Assembly (NCBI GenBank): GCA_050251675.1
Contig: JBFWMJ010000003.1
Location: forward strand, 5,128-69,127
Length of the DNA: 64,000 bases
Origin: Sphingobium sp.
GTDB taxonomy: Bacteria > Pseudomonadota > Alphaproteobacteria > Sphingomonadales > Sphingomonadaceae
Reading direction: 5' to 3'
The number at the start of each line of letters is the position of its first letter. The first letter of the stretch is position 1. A program made the position numbers and the translations under genes. The notes under the pieces were generated by a model. The model searched no databases. It saw nothing but the letters and a program-made list of their open reading frames with translations, and was not told where the DNA came from. Positions 56,907 to 64,000 of the stretch are shown here, one piece after another.

Positions 56907-59900
56907 TGCACCTGCTGGCCGCCACCCCGGGAACCGTCTCCAACGGCGATGAGGCGATCGACCTCGACCAGTCGCCGGGCGAGATCCTGTTCCTGACGGT
57001 GGCGGACAGCGACCTTGCCTGTTTCGCGCAGGCCGCCGCGATGCTGGGCGACGCCACGCCATCGATCCGGCTCGCCAATCTGCTGCAGCTCAAACACCCC
57101 TATTCCGTCGACCTCTATGTCGAAAAACTGGTCGCCCATGCGCGCTTCGTGTGCGTGGTGCTGCTGGGGGGCAAGGCCTATTGGCCCTATGGCGTCGATG
57201 AAATCGCCCGTGTGGCGCGGGAAAAGGGCATCGCCTTCGCCGCGATCGCCGACGGGCGGGAACCCGACCCCGCGCTCGACGCGGCCTCCACCGTGCCGCG
57301 CGATGTCGGCGAACGGCTGCGCGCCTATCTGCGGCAGGGGGGCGTCGCCAATGCCGTCAGCTTCCTGCGCCATGCCGCGCGCCTGATCGGCGCCGACGCC
57401 GGGGAACCGGACGATCCCGTGCCGGTCGCCGATGCGGGGCTGTATCTGGCCGAGGTCGACCGGCCGACGCTGGACGATGTACGGGCGCGCTGGATCGACG
57501 GGCGGCCGGTAGCGCTGCTCTGCTTCTACCGCGCCCTGATGATGGCCGGCACGCTCGATGCGGTCGACGCACTGGCGGCGGCGCTGACCGATCGCGGCCT
57601 GAATGTCGTCGCGGTCCATGTGCGCGCGCTGCGCGAGCCCTTTGCGATCGACTGGCTGCGCGGCCTGATCGCCCGGACCAGGCCGGACGTCATCCTGAAC
57701 GCGACGTCCTTTGCCGCGTCCTCCCCCGGCGACAGGCGCACGCCCGGCATTCTCGAAGAGGCCGACTGCCCCATCCTCCAGACCGTGTTCGCCGGGGTCG
57801 AGCAGGACGCATGGGCCGGCAGCGCGCGCGGGCTCGGGCCGCGCGACCTGGCCATGAATGTCGCGCTGCCAGAGGTTGACGGCCGCCTCTTCACCCGGGC
57901 CGTCGCCTTCAAGGCGGCCGAGCGTTTCGACGCCCGGACCCAGTGCGGCATCGTCGTGCCGCGCGTCGCGCCCGACCGCGTCGCCTTTGTCGCCGACCTT
58001 GCGGCCCGCTGGGCGACGCTCCGGCGTACGCCCCCATCCGCGCGGCGCGTGGCGCTGGTGCTCGCCAACTACCCCAATCGCGACGGCCGGATCGGCAATG
58101 GCGTGGGCCTCGACACCCCCGCCAGCGCGGCCGCCATCCTCGCCGCCCTGCGGGACGCGGGCTATGATGTGGGTGACGCGCCCGAAGACGGCGCGGCGCT
58201 GATGGCGGTCATGCTGGGCGGCGTTACCAATGCACGCGCGTCGCTCGACCGCCACCACGACGCCGTGCTGCCGATCGGCGACTATCTGGCGCTGTTCGAT
58301 CGCCTGCCGGACGCCGCGCGCACCGCAGTGTCGACGCGGTGGGGGCCAGCGCTGGACGACCCCTTCGTCCGCGACGGCGCCTTTCGCCTGCCGGTGCACC
58401 GTTTCGGCAATGTGGCCGTCGCGGTGCAGCCCGCGCGCGGCTATAATATCGATCCCAAGACCAGCTACCATGACCCGGCGCTGGTGCCGCCGCACGCCTA
58501 TCTGGCGTTCCATTTCTGGATCAACCGCGACTTTGCGGCACAGGCCGTCGTCCATGTGGGCAAGCATGGCAATCTCGAATGGCTTCCCGGCAAGGCGCTG
58601 GCCCTTTCGGAAGACTGCTTCCCGGAAGTCTGCGCCGGACCGGTGCCACAGCTTTACCCCTTCATCGTCAACGATCCGGGCGAAGGGACGCAGGCCAAGC
58701 GCCGGATCGGCGCCGCGATCATCGACCACCTTACCCCGCCGCTGACCCGCGCGGAAAGCTATGGACCGCTCAAGGCGCTGGAGGCGCTGGTCGACGAATA
58801 TTATCTCGCCGCCGGCATGGACCCCCGGCGTATCGCCCATCTGAAGGCCGAGATCCTCGACCTCGCCCGATCGCAGGGGCTGGATGCGGATGCCGGCGCG
58901 GTCGGCGATGGCGACGATGCGCTGGCGGCGCTCGACAATTATCTGTGTGAATTGAAGGAAATGCAGATACGCGACGGGCTGCACATCTTCACCCGGTCGC
59001 CGGCCGAACGGCTGCGCACCGACCTGCTCGTCGCGCTGTGCCGCACGCCGCGCGGCCTTGACGATCCGGGACAGGCATCCCTGCACCGCGCGCTGGCCGA
59101 CGATCTGGCGCTTGGTTTCGATCCGCTCGATTGCAGGATGGGCGATCCATGGTCCGGCCCGAAGCCGGCACGGCTCGCCGCCCTGTCCGATGCCCCCTGG
59201 CGCACCCATGGCGACACGATCGAACGGCTCGAACAACTCGCCGTCGCGCTGGTCGAAGGGGCGTCCGCGCCTGGCGATGCGTCCGCGGCGGTCATGCGAT
59301 CGGTGCTGGGCGACCTCGCCCGGCGTGTCGATGGCTGCGGCGCGGCCGAAAAATCCGCGCTGCTGGCGGGCCTCGACGGCCGTTTCATCCTGCCGGGGCC
59401 GTCCGGGGCGCCCACGCGCGGGCGACCGGACGTTCTGCCCACCGGGCGCAATTTCTATTCGGTCGATACCCGGTCCGTCCCTACCGCCACCGCATGGGAA
59501 CTGGGACGGCGCTCGGCACAGCTGCTGGTCGACGACTATCTCCAGCGGGAGGGCGACTATCCGCGCGCCATGGCACTGTCCGCCTGGGGGACGGCCAATA
59601 TGCGCACCGGCGGCGACGACATCGCGCAGGCATTGGCGCTGATGGGCGCGCGACCGCGCTGGGACTGGACATCGGGGCGGGTCGTCGGTTTCGAGGTGAT
59701 ATCGCTGGCCGAACTCAACCGCCCGCGTGTGGATGTCACCTTCCGCGTTTCCGGTTTCTTCCGCGACGCTTTTCCCGAGCAGATCGACCTGCTCGATTCC
59801 GCCGCGCGCGCCATCATGGCGCTGGACGAACCGGATGACGACAACCCCGCCGCCGCCCGGCATCGCGCCGAAACCGCGCGGCTGATCGACGCCGGCATCG

Positions 59901-60625
59901 ACGCGAAGGCCGCCGCGCTACGGGCGGGTTTCCGCGTGTTCGGGTCGAAACCCGGCGCCTATGGCGCGGGGCTTCAGGCGATGATCGACGAACGGATATG
60001 GCATGACCGCGCCGACCTTGCCGATGTCTATCTCGACTGGGGGAGCTATGCCTATGGCGCGGGGGTGGAGGGGGATGCGGAGCGCGCCCTGTTCGCCACG
60101 CGGCTGGCGCAGGCGGACGCCGTGGTCCAGAATCAGGATAATCGCGAACACGACCTGCTCGACAGCGACGATTATTATCAGTTCGAAGGGGGCATCGCGT
60201 CCGCCGTCGAACATCTTTCGGGCAAGCGCCCGCAGGCCTATCATAACGACCACAGCCGCCCCGAACGGCCCGTGATCCGCAGTCTGGAGGACGAGATCGG
60301 CCGCGTGGTCCGCGCCCGCGTCACCAACCCCAAATGGATTGCCGGTGTCATGCGCCACGGATACAAGGGGGCGTTCGAGATCGCCGCATCGGTCGACTAT
60401 CTCTTTGCTTTCGCCGCGACGACCCATGCCGTGCGCGACCATCATTTCGATGCCGTCCACGCGGCCTTCATCGAGGATGAGGAGGTGCGCGATTTCATGG
60501 CGCGGGCCAATCCGGCCGCGCTGCGGGAAACGGCGGCGCGTCTGGCCGAAGCGCTGGAACGCGGCATGTGGAAACCCCGGTCCAACAGCGCGGGCGTGCT
60601 GCTCGCCGAACTTGCAGGAGGATGA
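56906..60625 (+). CDS. cobN: cobaltochelatase large subunit CobN
   Basis: 1239 aa, CobN/Mg-chelatase H family throughout (e.g. VHVGKHGNLEWLPGK, PTRGRPDVLPTGRNFYSVD). TGATG overlap with cobW. Confidence 0.93.
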   Translation: MHLLAATPGTVSNGDEAIDLDQSPGEILFLTVADSDLACFAQAAAMLGDATPSIRLANLLQLKHPYSVDLYVEKLVAHARFVCVVLLGGKAYWPYGVDEIARVAREKGIAFAAIADGREPDPALDAASTVPRDVGERLRAYLRQGGVANAVSFLRHAARLIGADAGEPDDPVPVADAGLYLAEVDRPTLDDVRARWIDGRPVALLCFYRALMMAGTLDAVDALAAALTDRGLNVVAVHVRALREPFAIDWLRGLIARTRPDVILNATSFAASSPGDRRTPGILEEADCPILQTVFAGVEQDAWAGSARGLGPRDLAMNVALPEVDGRLFTRAVAFKAAERFDARTQCGIVVPRVAPDRVAFVADLAARWATLRRTPPSARRVALVLANYPNRDGRIGNGVGLDTPASAAAILAALRDAGYDVGDAPEDGAALMAVMLGGVTNARASLDRHHDAVLPIGDYLALFDRLPDAARTAVSTRWGPALDDPFVRDGAFRLPVHRFGNVAVAVQPARGYNIDPKTSYHDPALVPPHAYLAFHFWINRDFAAQAVVHVGKHGNLEWLPGKALALSEDCFPEVCAGPVPQLYPFIVNDPGEGTQAKRRIGAAIIDHLTPPLTRAESYGPLKALEALVDEYYLAAGMDPRRIAHLKAEILDLARSQGLDADAGAVGDGDDALAALDNYLCELKEMQIRDGLHIFTRSPAERLRTDLLVALCRTPRGLDDPGQASLHRALADDLALGFDPLDCRMGDPWSGPKPARLAALSDAPWRTHGDTIERLEQLAVALVEGASAPGDASAAVMRSVLGDLARRVDGCGAAEKSALLAGLDGRFILPGPSGAPTRGRPDVLPTGRNFYSVDTRSVPTATAWELGRRSAQLLVDDYLQREGDYPRAMALSAWGTANMRTGGDDIAQALALMGARPRWDWTSGRVVGFEVISLAELNRPRVDVTFRVSGFFRDAFPEQIDLLDSAARAIMALDEPDDDNPAAARHRAETARLIDAGIDAKAAALRAGFRVFGSKPGAYGAGLQAMIDERIWHDRADLADVYLDWGSYAYGAGVEGDAERALFATRLAQADAVVQNQDNREHDLLDSDDYYQFEGGIASAVEHLSGKRPQAYHNDHSRPERPVIRSLEDEIGRVVRARVTNPKWIAGVMRHGYKGAFEIAASVDYLFAFAATTHAVRDHHFDAVHAAFIEDEEVRDFMARANPAALRETAARLAEALERGMWKPRSNSAGVLLAELAGG

Positions 60626-60627
60626 CG

Positions 60628-61236
60628 ATGGCGGAACGCACGGACGCGCAGCATGCCGAGAAGATGAAGAAGAAACAGGCCGCGCATGACCGCATCGTCG
60701 CGGGCAAGACGGTCGAGAAGGGCCTGTTGATCGTCCATACCGGCAAGGGCAAGGGCAAGACGACCGCCGCGCTCGGCATGGTCGTGCGGGCGATCGGCCA
60801 TGGCAAGAAGGTCGGCGTCGTCCAGTTCGTGAAGGGCGCGATGGAGACCGGCGAAAAGGCGGTGTTCGACCACTTTCCTGACAGGATCGAATTCCGGCCG
60901 ATGGGCGACGGCTTCACCTGGGATACGCAGAACCGTGCCCAGGACATCGCGTCGGCGCGGCGCGCCTGGGACGAGGTTAAGCGCATGATCGCCGACCCCG
61001 CTTATGGCATGGTGCTCGCCGACGAGCTCAACATCGTCCTGCGCTACGACTATCTGCCGCTGGACGAGGTTATCGCGGTGCTCACGGCGCGGCCCGCCAT
61101 GACCCATGTCCTCGTCACCGGCCGCAACGCGCCCGACGCCCTGATCGAGGCCGCCGACCTCGTCACCGAAATGACGCTGGTCAAGCATCCGTTCCGCGAA
61201 CAGGGCGTCAAGGCGCAGCCGGGAATCGAGTTTTAG
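60628..61236 (+). CDS. cobO: cob(I)yrinic acid a,c-diamide adenosyltransferase
   Basis: GLLIVHTGKGKGKTTAALG...VVQFVKG...LVLADELN...LVTGRNAP is the CobA/CobO/BtuR signature. The start was trimmed to MAERTD, which has a GGAGG ribosome-binding site. Confidence 0.9.
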   Translation: MAERTDAQHAEKMKKKQAAHDRIVAGKTVEKGLLIVHTGKGKGKTTAALGMVVRAIGHGKKVGVVQFVKGAMETGEKAVFDHFPDRIEFRPMGDGFTWDTQNRAQDIASARRAWDEVKRMIADPAYGMVLADELNIVLRYDYLPLDEVIAVLTARPAMTHVLVTGRNAPDALIEAADLVTEMTLVKHPFREQGVKAQPGIEF

Positions 61237-62144
61237 GAGGGATGGTCGACCTGTTGCGCCAGACTGCGCGCCGCCTTCACATAAGCGGGTCCGCCGCAGA
61301 CGGTCCACGCCTGGGGCAGGCGCACCCGCTTCATATGTTTCAACAGCGGATGGTGCAGCATCTCCGTACCCTGGTCGCGCACCTGATCGGACGCGCTTTC
61401 GACGATCAGATAATCGGGCTGCGCGACCATCAGTTCTTCGAGCGAGAGCTGCGAGAGCACCGGCTTGCCGAGCGCGCCTGCGAGATTGACGAGACCCGCG
61501 CGCACCATCAGATCGTCGATCAGCGTGCCGGTGCCGGTGAGGAAACCACGCCGCTGATAATGGGCCGCGACACCGCCCCGGCGCGGCCGCGGGATGGCGG
61601 CCAGTTCCCTGTCCATCCGCGCGATCAGCGCCTCTCCACGCGCGGGATGGCCGACCGCCTGTGCGACCTCACGGATCTGCGCGACGATGTCGGCATAGCT
61701 GTGGGCGGGGGTGAGGTCGACCATCGGATACTGCTCGCCCGACAGCGCCGCCATCATACTGCTGCGCCGGGCCGGCACACCCACCACCAGATCCGGGTCG
61801 ATCGCCAGCACTTCCTCCGCCGACCCTTTAAGGATCGGGAAGCCAGCGGCCTGCGCCGCGGCCGCCGACATGTCCGGGTTGGCTGCATTGCGGGTCAGCC
61901 CCGCAATCTGCGCGCGATCCGCCAGCGCGAGCAGATATTGGTCGGCGCACAGATTGAGCGAAACGATGCGTCCGGGCGCAGGGGCGGCATTGACACCAGC
62001 CCTTGCCTTGCCACTGGCATTGGCATTGGCATTGGCCGAACGCGGCGCTGCGCTATCCGCCCCGGCCAGACTGCCTCCCATCGCCAGCACGGCGGCGCTC
62101 ACCGCCAGACATGCGGACAGATATTTTCTCGATCGCGGCGACAT
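61233..62144 (-). CDS. periplasmic substrate-binding protein, second BtuF-like paralogue
   Basis: Signal peptide MSPRSRKYLSACLAVSAAVLAMGG. RIVSLNLCADQYLLALADRAQIAGL...DPDLVVGVP parallels the 52231 protein. The start was trimmed from the ORF-track 62438. Confidence 0.75.
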   Translation of the reverse strand: MSPRSRKYLSACLAVSAAVLAMGGSLAGADSAAPRSANANANASGKARAGVNAAPAPGRIVSLNLCADQYLLALADRAQIAGLTRNAANPDMSAAAAQAAGFPILKGSAEEVLAIDPDLVVGVPARRSSMMAALSGEQYPMVDLTPAHSYADIVAQIREVAQAVGHPARGEALIARMDRELAAIPRPRRGGVAAHYQRRGFLTGTGTLIDDLMVRAGLVNLAGALGKPVLSQLSLEELMVAQPDYLIVESASDQVRDQGTEMLHHPLLKHMKRVRLPQAWTVCGGPAYVKAARSLAQQVDHPS

Positions 62145-62220
62145 GCCGCCACCCTTAACGCCACGACCCCGGGACACAAGTGTGACGGGGCCACCGATCC
62201 AATGCGAGGTGTTCGTTCCC

Positions 62221-63225
62221 ATGCCAGCTCTTCCCGATGCGCGCCGTCGCGCGCTTCTGCTCTGCCTTTTGCTGACGGCGTTTCTGGCGGGCGTCGCGTC
62301 GCTCGGCGTGGGCGCCGCCGCGATTGATCCGGCGCGGCTGATCGCGGTCGTCACCGGCCATGGCGATCCGATCGCGACCGCCATCCTTCTCGACCTGCGC
62401 CTGCCGCGCGCGCTGCTTGGCCTTGCCGTGGGCGGCATGCTCGGGCTGGCGGGCGCCGCGCTCCAGGGCTATCTGCGCAACCCACTGGCGGAACCCTCCG
62501 TGCTCGGCGCATCCAATGCCGCCGCACTCGGCGCGGTCGGGGCGCTCTATTTCGGGCTGTCGGAACTCCACATGCTCGCCCTCCCCGCGCTGGCGATCGT
62601 CACGGGCCTGCTCGCGCTGCTTGCGCTTTTCGCGCTGGCGGGGCGATCGGAAAGCCCGTTGACGCTGATACTGGCCGGCATCGCGGTCTCCACGCTGGCG
62701 GGCGCAGGCATCAGCCTCGCGCTCAACCTGTCCCCCAACCCGTTCGCGGCGATGGAGATCACCACCTGGCTGCTGGGTTCGATCGAGAACCGGTCGATCG
62801 TCCATGTCTGGATCGCACTGCCGTGCATCGCGCTTGGCATTGCGCTGCTGCTGTTCGACACGCGCGCGCTCGATGCGCTGACCCTGGGCGAGGATGGGGC
62901 GCAATCGCTTGGCGTCGACCTGAAACGGACGCGGTGGCGGCTGTTGCTGGGCGTGGGCATAGGCGTCGGGGGGGCGGTGGCCGTCGCGGGCTCAATCGGT
63001 TTCGTCGGGCTGATCGTCCCTCATCTCGTGCGGCCGCTGACCGACCGCAGCCCGTCTTCTGTCCTGCTGCCCTCGCTGCTGGGAGGCGCCGCGCTGCTGA
63101 CGCTCGCCGACGTCGCGGTCCGCCTCATCCCCACGCATAACGAACTGAAACTTGGCGTCGTCACCGCCTTCCTGGGGGTGCCGGTCTTCCTTGTCTACCT
63201 GCTGCGGGAGCGACGGCTATGGTGA
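62221..63225 (+). CDS. FecCD-family ABC permease, second paralogue
   Basis: RLPRALLGLAVGGMLGLAGAALQGYLRNPLAEPSVLGASNAAALG...GFVGLIVPHLVRPLT. The start was trimmed to MPALPDARRR. Confidence 0.8.
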   Translation: MPALPDARRRALLLCLLLTAFLAGVASLGVGAAAIDPARLIAVVTGHGDPIATAILLDLRLPRALLGLAVGGMLGLAGAALQGYLRNPLAEPSVLGASNAAALGAVGALYFGLSELHMLALPALAIVTGLLALLALFALAGRSESPLTLILAGIAVSTLAGAGISLALNLSPNPFAAMEITTWLLGSIENRSIVHVWIALPCIALGIALLLFDTRALDALTLGEDGAQSLGVDLKRTRWRLLLGVGIGVGGAVAVAGSIGFVGLIVPHLVRPLTDRSPSSVLLPSLLGGAALLTLADVAVRLIPTHNELKLGVVTAFLGVPVFLVYLLRERRLW

Positions 63226-64000
63226 CCCTGACACTCGACCGGGCGGGCGTCGCGCTCGGCCGGCGCCCGGTCCTCCACGATATGTCCGCAACGCTGCCGC
63301 CCGGCGCGCTCATCGGTATCGTCGGGCCCAATGGCGCGGGCAAATCGACGCTGGTGCGCATGCTGCTCGGCCTGTTGCGCCCCGGCGGCGGCAAGGTGCT
63401 GCTCGACGGGCAGCCCGTATGCGATCTGCCACGGCGCCGGGTCGCGCAATCGCTCGCCTACCTGCCCCAGGGCCAGACGCTGCACTGGCCGTTGTCGGTC
63501 GAGCGGCTGGTGGCGCTGGGACGATTGCCGCATCTGGCGCCGCTGTCGCGCATCAGTGATCAGGACATGGCCATTGTCGACGACGCGCTAACACGCGCCG
63601 ATGTCGGCCATCTGCGCGGCAGGATCGCAACCGAACTGTCGGGCGGCGAACGCGCCCGCGTGATGCTGGCGCGGGCACTCGCGGTCGGGGCGGCGGGGCT
63701 GGTGGCGGACGAACCGCTGGCGTCGCTCGACCCGGGGCATCAGATCGACGTCATGACCCTGCTCGCGCGGGAGGCGAGGGGGGGCGGGCTGGTCGTCACC
63801 GTGCTCCACGACCTTACCATGGCGGCGCGCTATTGTGACCGGCTGCTGCTGCTGGACCGGGGCAGGCTGGTGGCGGACGGTGCGCCGCTCGACGTGCTTA
63901 CGCCCACCCGGCTGGAGCAGGTCTATGGCATCAGCGCGTGCGTGGAGCGGGCCGGCGGATGTCCGCTGATCGTGCCGATGGGCCGTGTCGTGAGGGGCTG
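63219..64000 (+). CDS. ABC transporter ATP-binding protein, second paralogue (3' end beyond the window)
   Basis: Translated by hand: MVTLTLDRAGVALGRRPVLHD...GPNGAGKSTLVRML...LSGGERARVMLARAL...LVADEPLASLD. The ATG overlaps the end of the permease gene. The frame is still open at 64000. Confidence 0.8.
   Translation, partial: MVTLTLDRAGVALGRRPVLHDMSATLPPGALIGIVGPNGAGKSTLVRMLLGLLRPGGGKVLLDGQPVCDLPRRRVAQSLAYLPQGQTLHWPLSVERLVALGRLPHLAPLSRISDQDMAIVDDALTRADVGHLRGRIATELSGGERARVMLARALAVGAAGLVADEPLASLDPGHQIDVMTLLAREARGGGLVVTVLHDLTMAARYCDRLLLLDRGRLVADGAPLDVLTPTRLEQVYGISACVERAGGCPLIVPMGRVVRG

Noticed and set aside
56888-59863. 991-aa ORF antisense to cobN. Similar long antisense ORFs occur at 54870-57062, 49703-51943, 40079-41779, 26864-28519, 23542-25911, 12581-13888, 8956-10395 and 5953-7707.
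   Set aside because: These are typical shadow ORFs of GC-rich DNA. They lie exactly opposite genes with unambiguous homology. Their products are Arg/Gly/Pro/Ala-rich with no recognisable motifs, and their third-position GC bias is explained by the sense gene.
1-64000. Window-wide scan for CRISPR arrays, IS elements or transposases, prophage structural genes, restriction-modification or other defence systems, rRNA genes and CtrA-type TTAA-N7-TTAA boxes.
   Set aside because: No regularly spaced repeats, transposase-like ORFs, defence-gene signatures or rRNA sequence were seen. The few TTAA pairs have the wrong spacing. The only mobile-element trace is the broken integrase with parDE at the left edge.

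Overview
This is a high-GC alphaproteobacterial chromosome segment. Gene content suggests Sphingomonadales (inference only). It is mostly core genome and tightly packed. I found no CRISPR array, transposase, intact prophage or recognisable defence system, and most of the window is ordinary housekeeping DNA.

Left to right:
(1) A decayed integrative-element junction: a partial ORF, a parDE toxin-antitoxin pair, and an N-terminally truncated, frameshifted tyrosine integrase abutting the 3' end of tRNA-Glu.
(2) recJ and tamA-tamB.
(3) An SOS-rich stretch: the imuA-imuB-dnaE2 mutagenesis cassette and recA, each preceded by an alphaproteobacterial GTTC-N7-GTTC LexA box, with recX and dinB further on.
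(4) A FAT GUY-type single-domain response regulator next to a CckA-like hybrid kinase, then DUF2062, smpB, dapA, slt, greB, a lone fatty-acyl-AMP ligase, DUF192, an NDUFA12-like gene, DUF2155, aat and gloB.
(5) A visibly more A/T-rich TonB-dependent receptor with a roughly 600-bp leader next to tRNA-Ser, followed by a DUF1134/EipA-like gene, dinB, DUF177, a Cbp3-like gene and bamE.
(6) A large cobalamin locus built from two divergent operons, each led by a cobalamin riboswitch. The minus-strand operon is DUF1636-cobT-cobC-cobS-cobD-cbiB-cobQ-cobU. The plus-strand operon is btuB, btuFCD-like genes, an unknown 327-aa ORF, then cobW-cobN-cobO. A second btuFCD-like paralogue set follows.

The two riboswitches are separated by an unrelated module (LMW-PTP, ATP-grasp, polysaccharide deacetylase) whose ATP-grasp gene carries a single in-frame TAA.

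The best candidate for something undescribed is the operon-embedded 327-aa ORF at 54892-55875. Other points worth a second look are two convergent gene overlaps, repeat motifs at the integrase/tRNA junction, and a direct repeat in the receptor leader.
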